The position numbers were made by a program, and so were the translations under genes. From assembly GCF_001194135.2 (NCBI RefSeq), contig NC_068986.1:71017888-71074967 (forward strand): DNA of 57,080 nt. The letters run 5' to 3'. The notes beneath the pieces are model-generated. The model was not told where the DNA came from. It did no database searches and saw only the letters and a list, made by a program, of their open reading frames with translations. Shown piece after piece: positions 24,430 to 38,436 of this stretch; the stretch's first letter is position 1, and each line of letters begins with the position of its first letter. The stretch comes from Octopus bimaculoides. Lineage: Eukaryota.

Positions 24430-25156
24430 GAATAAGCGGAAATAAATAGAGAGAGAATGAAAAAAAAGAACGTGTTGAGTTCAGTTGAGTTCACATGCAC
24501 ACAGAATCCCACACACATACACACACACACACAGACACGCACGCGCGACAACAGAGATACACACACACATGCATATGTACAGCCATCTTTGTAGCATACT
24601 TAATGCAAATATATCATGAAAGCAAAGCAACAGCGATATTCGTCCGGCAATAATATCTCTTATAGAGGTGGTATGCTTAAAAACACAATAGCATCAGAAG
24701 CAGACAAAAATCGTCTCGCCGCAACCATGATAATGCTTGATGCACATTTCTGCCCAGTTGGGTTTCGTTAGTAATATGTACCCATTTTCAACAGCATGCT
24801 AAGACAAAATTTCTGTTTCAAGTAACAGATCTTTCTTTAGTCGGATGTCTAATTGACACATCAGTGATTTTTCAATCATTGTTTTCCCCATATTAGTGAA
24901 GGTGGATTTTGTCTTAACATGCAGTTTGGTATGTACATGCTACTAAAAAGCTAAACAAAACAGAAATGTGCATCTAGAATTTTCACTGTCATTACTGGAC
25001 TATTTTCGCCTGATGTTAATTTGTTTGTGTTTTTCAACCTAACAGGTTCATAAGAGATATTATCTCTTGATGAATACCGCAGTTAATTTGCTTTTTGCGA
25101 TGCTTTAATTATGGAACACATACAGTTATTTTTACCTACTACTGGCTCTGTTGCAC

Positions 25157-25203
<47 letters not shown>

Positions 25204-25245
25204 GAATATATGATGACTGTATGTGTGTTGTGTAAGAGTGCGTGC

Positions 25246-26200
25246 GTGTGTGCGTGCATATGTGGTCACCATGTGAGATTATCAGATATTTCATAGCATT
25301 AGTAACAAAGGTTTTAGTTATGTGGCATTCGTGTATCAGTGGCCGATATAAGTGTTTTGCTCAATAGCATAACGCATCGCCTCACCGGAAACTGAAACGA
25401 TGATGTTGAGATAGTGACCATACAGTATTGTGGACTATCCAACACTGAGAGCTGCTCGATCTGCTAACAATATCAACCGAACCTCTCTTAAATCACATCA
25501 TACTGACTGTAGCATATAGTCCTGATTGAAAATCTTATGCCATAGGTGTGTTCATTCAGAGCTGCGCTTGGTTAAACGACAATAATGATGAGCTAACTGC
25601 TTAGATTTAAATGAAAAATATTGGATAATATGAGCACTTATTTGACTGGAATCCCACACTGGTCCTGTTGTTTTGTATAATGAGTCATCTAGTCTAAACT
25701 TGGTAATATCAAATACTTAGATGTTCACTGGTATTGGTTATTGTGCTGTTCATGAAGTAGAAAAGGAGTCAATATTTGGTATTAGTTGAGTGATAGGATT
25801 AAGAAAACATTACTGAAATAGATACGGGTTCTTTAAAAAAAAATCATCCTGAATGAGTTAAGGATTCAAAAGAATTATTTTATTAGTTGTTAAATATTTT
25901 ATTCCCTGAATGAAGGGATCAATTAATTAAAATATAGTCATAAAACAATGGATAGTTCTCATGTTAATTTGAACATTTGACTTGAAGGAAACATGAGCTT
26001 TTTCAAGAAATTCCACTTCCAAAATTAAAGTGAAATAAGTATAAGACTTCTTTTCAAGAAGTTATCTTTTAACTAGAAAGAAATCCACTTAATATCTAAA
26101 CTTTCAAAATATTTCTAAAAATGCAATATATTTTAAAGAGGGTTGAAAGAGCTCTGTTGCAACAAAAAAAAAATAATAATCTAGTTATTCTTATCTGGTT
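25246..26200 (+). repeat. Copy 1 of a ~550-bp local duplication, interrupted by a ~390-bp SINE-like insert (25337-25730)
   Basis: 25246-25336 plus 25731-26200 align with 28003-28552 (about 85% by eye). Confidence 0.85.
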
Positions 26201-27426
26201 TCGTGATAGGAAAGCATCTCCAAACATTTTTGAATTGATTAGTTTGTTGGAACGTTAAATGTAATGACACCTGTACACAATGTTAATGCTAGTGGTACAC
26301 ATAATGAAGGAAAGATTGATGTGAAGGTGGGGACGCTAATCAGGCAGCTTGGGGAAGATAAACACGTTAATTGTTTTTATTGAGATATGGCCATAAGGCT
26401 GTGTAAATACACCCGAATAGTTGTAATTATCAGAAATACTATAATTCAAACTATTAATGAAGCATAAATTCTTGACTAAATACTTATACCCAGTATAAAA
26501 TTTCAAATATAATCTGGGTAATCTGGATTATGTCTGATGATAATTTGGACTATTTTCAATACATATACAACAGTATTCTACTATGCGAAAGTAAGGAATA
26601 TAAAATTGACATAAAGTGTCGTTAACTGTTTCTTATAGAACTCTGAAGTTTTATTCAGAGCCATTATAGCAGAGTTGTCAACTAGAATGAAAATATATGA
26701 AAAAACTTGTAGAAATACCGGGAAATAGTAGTAAATGCTGGAAAAAATGGTCATAAAATGCAGTCGTTGTTTTATAATTTTTAGTTACTTTTGAGTAATT
26801 TCGTATGTATTTGTGTGTCATGCATACATTTTTTTACAGATATTAACGAACTAAAATTAAGGATATGCTTTGTATACCAGAAGTTTGGTGCAAAAGTAAT
26901 TGCTGATTTGGTGATATGCTTAATGCTTATATCACAAAAATCACGATTTACCAGTCAATAGTATGAACAAGAGATATATTTATCGAGATCTCTATGTCAA
27001 GAATTAGTGGTGAGCCTTATATATAAGGGCCTGTTTTACGTAAACAAATATAGTATGTTAAGCTATTTAGGTTTACTTAAAAGTTTGCTCGCATCAATCG
27101 CTGTCATAGAAAGATATACAATGCATAAACATAAAGAGCTAGAACCACTTTATTAATTTGCTTAACACTATCCAAAATTTACACATCTAAACATTCTTAT
27201 AGTTTACTATTTTCAGTACTATTATTCATGGTTACCTTTTTTTGAACGCACTTGCATTTTCTTGTATAACTTATAATTATAACATTGCACTATGCCTTCC
27301 AGCTTTATTGTAACGAGAGAAGACAATATTAACTATAACACTGGGGGCTATAACGCCATTCACCATGCAGTTGACTTTTGCTTTTTTTAGAACTGTACTT
27401 CTTTGCAATACCATTTTCCGGATATA

Positions 27427-29260
27427 CAGGGTGTTCGGGTTAAATTTGACAATGTTTTATGTCCCCTTTATTTTCAGGAACAGCTTGATGTATTGGTAAA
27501 CAATCAACGGTGTTGGAGATCATAAATATTAGAGTTGTAGTTGAGAAAATGTTAGCTGACATGGAGGACTGGAAACCATCTGGATATTGGAATAGAGTTA
27601 CCTGCATCATGATGATTCGCGCTGAGTATCAAAATGCCGACATCTTGACTACTGCACAATGCTCTGTGAACACTGTAAACGCTGTAAGACGTGACATGGA
27701 CAGTTGTAACGGAAACTACGAAACTGTGACCAGAAGGTGGGGACACAACAGGCGTTCCGCTTGCGTTCACACGCCGGAGTTCATCTAGTAACTTCAGGAT
27801 AAGGTGAGGAAAGATCCGAGTAAGGAAAAACATATTTTAGCGAGGGAGATGGGTGTTGGAGTCGCCACAATGAATGAGGACCTTTGCTACAACTTGTACA
27901 AGACACATAGGGGATTAATTCTGAGAGCCAAACCCAAGGAGCACTAGATGACGAAGGCAAAGAAACTACTACAACAAGCTGAGGCATCCTGTTGAACCAG
28001 GAATGTGTGTGTGCATATGTGGTCATCATATGAGATTATCAGAGATTTCCTAGAGATTGTAGTGAAGCTTTTAGTTAGGCAGTGTTTGTATTATTGGTTA
28101 TTGTGCCATTGATGAAGTAGAAAACGAGTCAATATTTAGTATTGGTTAGTGATAGGATTAAGAAAACATTACTGAAATAGTTACGGGTTCTTTAATAAAA
28201 ATTATCCTGAATGAGCTAACGGTTCAAATCTTTTTATTAGTTGTCAAATATTTATATTCTCTGAATAAAGGGATCGATTAATTAAAACGTAGTCATAAAA
28301 TAATGGATAGTTCTCATATTAACTTGAACATTTGGCATGAAGGAAACATGAGCTTTTTCAAGAAATTTCACTTTCAAAAGTAAAAGGAAATAAGTATAAG
28401 ACTTCTTTTCAGGAAGTTATCTTTTAACTAGAAAGAAATCCAGTTAATACCTAACCTTTCAAAATATTTCTAAAAATGTAATATATTTGAAAGAAGGTTG
28501 AAAGAGTTCTGTTGTAACCTGAAAAAATAACTTATAATAAAAATATTCTTATTTAGTTTCTGGTTCTTCCCAGATAAAAATAACTTCTGTCAGGACCAAT
28601 TACACAATATCCAGAACAATATGTAGCTTGCCTACAATTCATGTGATGTCCCGCGTATCATAAAAATCAAGTTTCTCCAAACTATGATGGTCTTTGGGTA
28701 TGTGTCTCCAGTGAGGGTGATATCATGCCGCCCCACATGTTTGAATAGGGCTTTAGACTCAGTTCAGACGTCTATGTGAAGCAAGTGGAGACTAGTCAAT
28801 ACCTAGCTGGATTGTTGCTGGAAGGCTGTGTGTGTAACATCAGGATTCGACTGTGTGCCATACCCCCGGCAAGAGTCAGAAGTGGTTGTCGGAGAATTTC
28901 TATGACCTCGCCAGCCCTAGTTTCTGGCCTCCTAATTCGCCCATGGATTACTGTGTTTGTGGAGTGCAGTTGAGAAAGACACCAACATCTCTGCCTGCAA
29001 TACAAAGGCCTACCTGGCGGTCTTGATGAAGGGCGTTTTTAAAAGATTTCCCCGGGGACTCAGCGAGGAACGCATGCACCAAGTTCTGGAGCCGTCTTGA
29101 GGCATGGAGGAAGCTGAGGGCGGCTACATTTAGTAAACTGCCTTTTCCCGGCCATAATCTTGTTGATATTTTTTTTTGTTCTTTTAAGAAAACTTTTATA
29201 TTTGGATGGGACATTGTGCTTCTTTTTATTCATGCAATCTAATTTAGCCCGAACAGGCTG
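27427..29260 (+). mobile_element. Tc1/mariner superfamily element, maT/DD37D-like, full-length but decayed and interrupted
   Basis: TA|CAGGGTGTTCGGGTTAAATT...AATTTAGCCCGAACAGGCTG|TA terminal inverted repeats. Transposase remnants WFFPDK, MVFG...GDIMPPH, QDS..CH, SQKWLSENF, WPPNSP.DY. Confidence 0.85.
28003..28552 (+). repeat. Copy 2 of the local duplication, inserted inside the maT transposase ORF
   Basis: It splits HPVEPG| from |LV.WFF and is homologous to 25246-26200 minus that copy's insert. Confidence 0.85.
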
Positions 29261-31506
29261 TATTTCAGCAAGGGGACTAAAACGGCTTGCGATGTTTATA
29301 GGAATATTATGCTGAACTTTGAAACTGCATGTTTAGTAACCTTCGCATTTACAACCCGAAACAACGGTCGCCACATTGTACTTTCGGGACCCTTGGGTAG
29401 AATACCCAAGAAGAAACTACTAGAAATCCGTGAACATAGTTCCAAATTTGTTACTAAGACAGACCCTTCAAAAGCCTAAAGTTCGTGGGAAACTTAATTT
29501 AAATATAAATGCTCTGATCTGGAAGCTACTGATCTAAGACAAGCTTATTCAAACATGCGAGTTAATTGAAATTTCGTTTGAAACTTTTATATAATCAGCC
29601 AGATAATGTAGTGATGTGGCAAATGATATTCTTTATGTCTTGATGCGCAAAAGCTTGTGTTTTGTGAACGAGCCTTACCAACAACTGTCATGCTGTGTTC
29701 AATGCATTTTTTCACTGGATTGGCTTTGTTGGTACAAACCTTGAGAAATCATATTTAGTTTCTGCGCTGCCTGGTATTCGTCCATTGTTCTGTCAGATAT
29801 CACATATCTAGAAATGTTTTGACTTTGGTTAGGAATGCAATGTAATTAGTTATATATTATAAAGGGGTCCTTGTTTAAACCAATCAGAGCAAACCCTTTT
29901 GACATACTTTAGAATGATTTGAAAGACAACCCGAAACTAAGATTGTGGAACACGGCCGGTAATGTTCCACAATCTTTTATGACATACAACTATACTCCAA
30001 ACAGACAAAATGCGGGTATTTTCGGCGTGTGAATGAGTGAGTGCTTAGAGATTCAGGGAATGGTTGAAAATTTCCGCATAATGCTGGAAAGTTGACAAGA
30101 TTATGTTTCTCGAATGATATTAAATTTATACATGGAAGTTGTCTTTTAGTTGCTGGACAAGTACAATACATACGTACATGCATACATATACTCCCCACAC
30201 ACAGACACACACACGCATACACACACACGCGCGCATAGACATACACGCATACACATATATATTATGCAGATAGCGAGCAAGTCAGTGAGGTAGATAGACA
30301 GAAAAAGAAATAGATAGATAGATAGATAGAGAGAGAGTGGAGAGAGAGGAAAACGGAGAAAGAGAGAAGGGAGAGAAATTGTTTAAATGAAAATAGCTAC
30401 TAAAATATAAACATTTGCATGCGATCACGAAACATTAATACTATACTAATAATAACTAATTTTATATATACATACATGCATACATACATATATACATACA
30501 TACATACATACATACGTACATACATACATACATACATACATACACACACATGTATNNNNNNNNNNNNNNNNNNNNNNNNNNNNNNNNNNNNNNNNNNNNN
30601 NNNNNNNNNNNNNNNNNNNNNNNNNNNNNNNNNNNNNNNNNNNNNNNNNNNNNNNNNNNNNNNNNNNNNNNNNNNNTATATATATATATATATATCCCCA
30701 GTGAGTGATTATTTTGTGGAAGCATTCTATTTATCTTTTAAGACCAATTTCCTGTGTTATTGCATCACGCAAAATCGAATGGCGCTTGTTAATTCTATTT
30801 ACTTAAATTTGAATAAAACTCTGTAAAACTTAAAAATTATATAAAAACATTCCGTGCATTATTTTGCTATGATTGAATGAATTAATTGATTCGCCATAAA
30901 CTATAGATTTGTCTTAAATTTATTTATCTGAATATCTTTTTTATACAAAGTTTCGATTATTGCTTTTCTGTCTTTTGTCATGTTAATTCAAAATTTCTCA
31001 ACTACAAAATTCAATACAGCATATGATATTTAAATTATTACTTTCAAATAGCGCTAGCCTTTATCTTGGAAATATTTCAATGTGTTGAAAGATCGTAAGT
31101 TTATATATTTTCCGAGTTTGTTCTAAATACGAAGTCAAGAGTAAGTCACACGTAATATCTCCATTAAATCTATCTGTACATCTCATTCACAATTTTGGAA
31201 CACTTGCATCGTAGTGTAAGATGTATGTCAGGTTTTATTTTTTTTTAATCTTTTTTTGTTAGTTACATTTCTTATTCATTTCTGGCCACCTCTTATATGG
31301 GTGATATTTATGTTGGCTGCCGACTTGCATGGTATTTACCGCCCGACACCTCACGGTCTGTTATACTTTTCAAATCATCATCACGACTTACAGATCAACA
31401 TAAGCTTAAAAATAAGGGATACTAGAAGTACTCAGTAGAACAATCATCTTTGTGTACTGCATATATATAAACCATATACATGCAGTTTCATACACACACA
31501 CACAAA

Positions 31507-31547
<41 letters not shown>

Positions 31548-31575
31548 GTGTATATGTATATGTATATATATGCAC

Positions 31576-31578
<3 letters not shown>

Positions 31579-31639
<61 letters not shown>
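31579..31639. repeat. (CA)n microsatellite
   Basis: Pure run of about 30 units. Confidence 0.95.
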
Positions 31640-31641
<2 letters not shown>

Positions 31642-33229
31642 AAGAGGTTACTATAATTAAATAAGTTGAGACAACCAGTTCTTAAATTTCCTCGCCTATA
31701 CACATTGGGTAAACGAGTATAAGCATGTTGGAGAAAGAAACCAACAGAAAGTTTGTGCTTCAGTAGATAAGTGAACGCTAATATAGGAGAGCAACTTGTA
31801 AGTCCCAGGTTACAAATATGAACCAGCAGCAATCAGATCGCAGAATCACATTTTAATGAATCTTTTTAGACTATCCTGGACTTCACACGATTATAAATAG
31901 TTGTGATGGCGATCCTTTTAATTTACCAATTGAACTCTGAACTTATAAATTCTCTGATAAGTAATCTTCATACTCTGCTCAGAATTCTAACACATGATTC
32001 GTCTACCACCATTGGAAGAAAATTACAACACTTTTAAACTTCTTTGATAGTATTTTTTTATTAGGATGCATTTCATTTTATTCACTTTTCAATTAACGTT
32101 TATTAATATTTTAATTTACATTTAGCCATACGCAATTTTGATTTTGAAATCTCCGTCCCAAAAAGAAAACCCTTTAATTTTTTTTCTTTTGTCATTTCGT
32201 CTTTTAGTGTTTTACCAAAAAACTGCTGAAATATGAATAACTTTTTTCACTGAATCTGATTCCTCAGTAGATATTTAAAAGGAAACTTACCTTATTTTCA
32301 AGTTATTTTCTCATAATTTTATTTTGAAATCTTTAAAACAACCACGGGTTGTTTTGTCTCTTCGATATTTTAGTGTTTTATCGAAAACCTATTGAAATAC
32401 ATGTCTAGTTTTCGAGAGGAAATTTTACAAAATATTTTACTTTCAATTCATTGAAAATATTTTCTCTCACTTCTTCATATTTTACGTTGTTCATACTTTT
32501 AGATGATTATTAACATTTATGTTTCTACCCGGTCACACGCAAATTTTATTTTGAAATTTCCCAAAACAACTTTTGAATTGCGTTTTATTTATTCTTATTT
32601 TAGTTTAGTATATTTAGCGCGTGGTATTTGTAATAGATGATCATTTCATCCATTTATTGCTAGGAATTGTTTGTTTTAGCATGACAGAACCAATAAACAT
32701 TTAATAAAAAAGTGAATCTATATTTCTGTATTGTTTACCATCTTAGTTAACTATGTTAATCAACATCTGTTCAATAACTTGACATGAAAAGCATATGTGG
32801 TATCAAAGTATTTTCACAATGCTTATATGAAGCTTGGACACGTATAATAAAATGCCAGCAAAATATGAATTTTCTTTGAAAATTTTGGAGAACTAATTCG
32901 AGGAAAAAATCATTAACACATTCAGTGAAATAAGAATAGATTGAACATTAAACTTGAACGCTGTGATGAAATTCCTATGAGTGTGCAAAACGAAAGAAGT
33001 GTTCTTCCAGATTTTCCGGATTATGAAGGAAATTGAAAAGGTCAAGGAAATTTATCATCGCTTGTTCGTTATCAATAAAAAAACTTAGGTGTAATCAGTG
33101 CTCAAAATTTGGGTTCATAAGCATTAAGGTGATAAATGTATCAAAGCGATGAAGAAGCTACAATGTTGAAGCATCGGGATCAAATACAGTTGATCCACAG
33201 GATCTCTTGGAAAAAAAAAAAACCAACGG

Positions 33230-34760
33230 CCACTCTTCATCAAAACTATATTATGTGTAAGCAAATACAAGGAACGCAGAAGGAATGCAACTATAAAATC
33301 CATTGTTACAATAAATGAAATATACCGAAATGAAACATGCCATTTTCAGATAGTGAGGTTGTGATTGAGCTAGAAATGATATGGAAATTAGAGTACGACT
33401 TCATTCTCGCAAGGCGTCTTTTAAAATCATAGTGCGAAGTAATTTAACAATAAAATATTTGCGAAAATAAATAAAACTAGAAATGTAGGTTTGAGCGATT
33501 TAAATTAACTGGTTGTCATCATATTTGCGCAAGTTGAAATTAGTGATTTTTCATCAACAATTTGTTTCGATTTGAGTTGCAAGGACAAAATGCAGAAACA
33601 ACATACATTTCTGAATTATGATAAAATGTCTGTATTTTCCAGGAGTTCATGATGGGTATTAAAAAAATAATCTGATTCTATTTTGTTCAATGCTATTCTT
33701 AGGAAGAGTTCAGGAACTAGTGCTAAAATCAAAAAATGATTTTCCTTAGATTAATATGTCTACTTGAGTAATCGTCTGGAACTTTTTTGGCTGATTCTAT
33801 CAAATATAATAAATAAATAAACCAACATAAATTATCTATTGATGAAATGTACTAGACCTTTCACCAATCAAATATAACCAAATAAAACTCAAAAATTTCA
33901 GAACAAATTGGATTAGAAATCTAAAAGATTAGCAGGGTAATAGGAGCCAGATGGGCTGCTCGCACTCTTTGGTCAGCACCTGCAGTATAGCATACTTATA
34001 TAGCTTTGTCTGAATATTTTTCGCCTTAAGGAAAACATGCAGGAATGGCCAATCGCCTTTTCCCCAAATATTTTCTTGAAAATTTAGCAATCATATTAGA
34101 TTTGTTGGCAGAAATACTTTCCAAGAAAGAAATTTAAATCTACCACTAGCTGAAAATTTTAATAAAAAGGTTAGTAAAGGCTTTCAGTGGTCTAAGAAAG
34201 AATGGGTATGCATGAAAGGAAAATAGATGAAATCATTACTTCAAAAGCGTTTCAAGATATTGAGTTTGTAGAAAATAAGAAATATATGAGCCTTTTTCAT
34301 CAAAGACTACTGAATGCAGTAATAAGGAATATGAATCTGAGATCGATAGATTGTGACATTATAAAATCAAGATATAACACCCAAGAACTAACAGGATTCA
34401 TGCATTGGTAAATATTGTTAACCCAGCGTCTTGGAACATTGATAGAGTTGTTGTACTCTGGAAAGATGTTGAAAAGTTAGATGGATTCAATAAGCAGTTT
34501 TCCCGTAAGATCTGTGTCAATGAATTCAAAGATTATGATGAAAATATTGTCCAAAATAACTAAACGATTCCCACAACAGTACAAAACTTTAAAATATCGT
34601 TAATAACATCGCTGCAAGTTCTACAGAGTCAGAAAGGGGATTATCGATTATTGCCATTACTTAATCTATTAAAAGAAATCGCGTTCAAGTATAAAACATG
34701 TGACAAATCTTATAGTGATTAATTTGATCGGCCACCCATTCAATTTGTGGGGTTGTACGG
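33230..34760 (+). mobile_element. hAT transposase relic (KIAA1586/ZNF862-like subgroup)
   Basis: Collinear remnants PFSD.EVVIEL...RLHS, AIL.KSSG...LSNRLEL, RWAA, IAASSTESERG.S (hATC dimerisation motif), RNR, and VTNLIVINLIG.P. Confidence 0.6.
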
Positions 34761-35050
34761 ATTCTGATAAAATGCGGTTACGGAAAATGACATAGATACT
34801 GACAATAGAATAAAGCCTAGAGTAAAAAGAAGAAATACCATGAAAATAAAACTACAATACGGAAATATTTGAAGTGTGATAGTAAATAAAAGCATATTAT
34901 ATGAAAGCACTTGTCACTTGTTTATTTACTTATTTGTTGATTTATATCTGGTTATTCCATCAGCCAAAATATTCAGAAATGTAAAAAGAGAACCGATTCG
35001 TAAAAACATTTAAATCCCACCGTTGATACATACATATATATATATACATA

Positions 35051-35456
35051 GGCGCAGGAGTGGCTGTGTGGTAAGTAGCTTGCTTACCAACCACATGGTT
35101 CCGGGTTCATTCTCACTGCGTGGCACCTTGGGTAAGTGTCTTCTACTATAGCCTCGGGTCGACCAAAGCCTTGTGAGTGGATTTGGTAGACGGAAACTGA
35201 AAGAAGCCTGTCGTATATATGTATATGTGTGTATATGTTTGTGTGTCTGTGTTTAGTCCTCCAACATCGCTTGACATCCGATGGTGGTGTGTTTAGGTCC
35301 CCGTAACTTAGCGGTTCGGCAAAAGATACCGATAGAATAAGTACTAGGCGTCCAAAGAATAAGCCCTGGGGTCGATTTGCTCGACTAAAGGCGGTGCTCC
35401 AGCATGGCCGCAGTCAAATGACTGAAACAAGTAAAAGAGTAAAGAGAGTAAAGAGT
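35051..35456 (+). mobile_element. Full-length family B tRNA-derived SINE
   Basis: GGCGCAGGAGTGGCTGTGTGGTAAG (A box), GGTTCCGGGTTCATTC (B-box region), CACCTTGGGTAAGTGTCTT core, internal TA/TG tract, and AAAGAGT tail repeats. Confidence 0.9.
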
Positions 35457-35595
35457 ATACATGCATACATGCATACATACATATATACATAGTATACACA
35501 TGCATACATGCATGCATACATACATGCATGCATATTTACGTAGATACATGCATGCATATTTACGTAGATACATGCATGCATACATACATAAATGT

Positions 35596-35980
35596 GGAGG
35601 CGCAATAGCCCAGTGGTTAGGGCAGCGGACTCGCGGTCATAAGATCGCGGTTTCGATTTCCAGACCGGGCGTTGTGAGTGTTTATTGAGCGAAAACACTT
35701 AAAGCTCCACGAGGCTCCGGCAGGGGATGGTGGCGAACCCTGCTGTACTCTTTCACCACAACTTTCTCTCACTCTTACTTCCTGTTTCTGTTGTGCCTGT
35801 AATTCAAAGGGTCAGCCTTGTCATACTCTGTGTCATGCTGAATCTCCCCGAGAACTACATTAAGGGTACACGTGTCTGTGGAGTGCTCAACCACTTGCAC
35901 GTTAATTTCACAAGCAGGCTGTTCCGTTGATCGGATCAACTGGAACCCTCGACGTTGTAAGCGACGGAGTGCCAACAACA
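35596..35980 (+). mobile_element. Full-length tRNA-derived SINE (family C)
   Basis: GGAGGCGCAATAGCCCAGTGGTTAGGGCAGCGG (A box), GGTTTCGATTTCC (B box), about 300 nt of unique body, ending in CAACAACA. Confidence 0.85.
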
Positions 35981-36091
35981 TACATATATACATACAGGCA
36001 TACAAACATGCATACATACAGACATGCATGCATACATATGCATACATATATACATATATATACGAACATACATATATACGTAGCTACATTC

Positions 36092-37808
36092 AATAATAAA
36101 AAAAACATTGAATCCATTATCGTTTCTACTGCAGAAAACATGCTAGAATCTTCAACTTCTAGAAATATCAATGTAACTCATAATTTCTTTGTAGACGGCC
36201 TCAAGATATGTGCTAAAATGTTAGCAATGTCAAAAAATAACTGGAATTAATAACAATTTCAGCTGATATAGGCATGAAATTTGGCCAAATGAAATGTTCA
36301 TATTTGGTTATAGAACGAGGAAAGTCAGTTCCCCAAACCCAAAACCTGTGCATCAACGGTCTCTCTACCTCCCCTATTCACAGAAAGACTGTTACAAGTA
36401 CCTAGGCATATATGAACATGTATCATATGAAAGTACTGTGAATAAAGATAGAGTAACCCGAGAGTATTATACCAGACTTAGGAAAATATGGCAATCGGAA
36501 CTCTTCTCTTATAACAAAACAATATCTCACAATACATTTGCAGTACCAGTGCTGATCCCAACATTTGGGATACCTGATTATTCTGTAGAGAAAATCCACT
36601 CCACAGATATGAAAACCTGCAAAGTCCTGACAACAGTGATGTTGAAAGTCTCTACCTAAGAAGAAATGAAGGTGGTAGAGGTCTGAGATCAGTGCAGACG
36701 GTCTTCGAATGCCGTATGGTATCACTCAGGCAACACTTGCTGAACAACAGCAGCAAAAATAAATATGTAAAAGCAGTGCTGAAAAGGGAAGTGAGCAACA
36801 TTGTACGAATTGGCAGTGAGCTCCTCAAGAAATACTCTCTTCCTGATGATCTATACAGCCTCAAAACAGCTGGGCTCTTTTACCTCAGAGAAGACCTGGA
36901 TGGAAAGCACTCAGCATACAAAAAAATGAAAAAAAGACTATGCATGGGTATGTTGCTCGGAAGCTTGAAGAAGACAGTAGAATTGACACGAAGCGCAGCC
37001 TCTCTTGGACACAAGACCACTACATAACATCACACTTTGAAGGCTATGCGTTTGCAATCCAGGAACAGGACATTCCCCCAAAGTATCTGGCGAACAAGAA
37101 AGACAGTGACGCTATTGTAATCCCAAGGTGCAACCGCATGTGTAGGCTATGTCATGCTTCTGTATAGGCTATGTCATGCATGTGATTAGCAGCTGTCCTA
37201 AAATGTCGTCATGGTACTACCTTCGTACGCAGCACGATGTGTCACTAAAACAATTTACTATGCCATTCGCAAAAAAAGACTTAGAAAATCCCTCTGTTAT
37301 GGAATACATTCATAAAAGCCAACTCAAGGAATACTGATGGAATGTTCCCATCAAAGCCTCTGTCAAATGTAAACATAACAGGCCGGATATTGTTGTTTTG
37401 GGACAGAGGGGTAAACGTATGTACCGCCATAAACGTCAGCTGCCCTGCAGATATGAATATCTCTTTGAAAATCAAAGGAAACGAGGATATCTATGGACAA
37501 TTACTTCGAAACCTCCAACTTCTATATCCAAACTATGAATTCATATTCCTACCGATAGTAATTAGAGCACTAGGTTTTGTTAGCAAATGATTAAAGGAGA
37601 ATCTGGATAAACTGGGATTTTCAGAAAGAGAAATCAACCGGCTAATTCGTACATTACAAGTGCAATCTGTGAGTGGAACAGTAAAAATATGCAAGACATT
37701 TCTCAAGTTCCAAATATGCATTTGTCTGTGTTAACTACATCCCAAAGATGGAGATTTGTATCTTTGTTGGAAAGAGACTCTCTCCTCAGTGAAAGATTTA
37801 TAATAATT
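36092..37808 (+). mobile_element. R4/Dong-clade non-LTR retrotransposon (RLE type), 5'-truncated, frameshifted
   Basis: Remnants HNFFVDGLK (RT, mutated YxDD), GMKFG..KC, YKYLGI, LYL.RNEGGRGL, FEGYAFAIQEQ, CRLC..HVISSC (CCHC), HNRPDIV, VSCPAD and SVSGTVKICKTFLKF, with a TAATAA-rich 3' end. Confidence 0.85.
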
Positions 37809-38308
37809 AAAAAATAGAAGAGGCATACGTACGTACATATACACATACATGTGTACGAACGTAAATACATACATACGTATACGTACATACATACATTCAT
37901 GCATACATACATGCATACATGCATACATACATACATACCTACCTACATACCTACCTACCTACCTACATAGATACATACATACATACATACGTACATACAT
38001 ACTAGGCTCTCGTGACTTAGACGACTGATGAGGATTCTGCAATTTTTTGCTGGATAACCTGCACATCCAATTCGTTTACAGTGATGAACTTTGTGCTGTA
38101 CATTAGCTGATCCGTTCTGTAAAGTCAACACTGAAATTAAATGTTTTGCTAAAGAACGCAGAAAGCTGCAATGGACTGGCTGAGTGTGTGTGTGTGTGTG
38201 GGGGGAACATATACGCCATAGAAACCGGAAAACCGGGCCCATGAGCCTGGCTCGGCTTTAAAAGGGCGCATAAATAAATAAAATTGCTAAAGACTATATT
38301 TTGTATGT

Positions 38309-38339
<31 letters not shown>

Positions 38340-38436
38340 AATATAAACAACTGGCCGCAATATGATATCATATGATTTTTAATATACACATTAGCATTTT
38401 GCTAAATCAGCCATAAATTTCTATGGTAAAAATATA

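Noticed and set aside
32120-32580. Recurrent AATTTTATTTTGAAAT / TTTTAGTGTTTTA motifs
   Set aside because: Probably internal repeats of an old element, but the unit length is irregular and could not be defined.
35596-35670. tRNA-like sequence (also at 35051, 17471, 17200-17278)
   Set aside because: A and B boxes are present but there is no complete cloverleaf, and each continues into a SINE body. These are SINE heads, not tRNA genes.
38025-38065. CTGATGAG followed by a hairpin (hammerhead-like)
   Set aside because: No GAAA strand or stem III follows.
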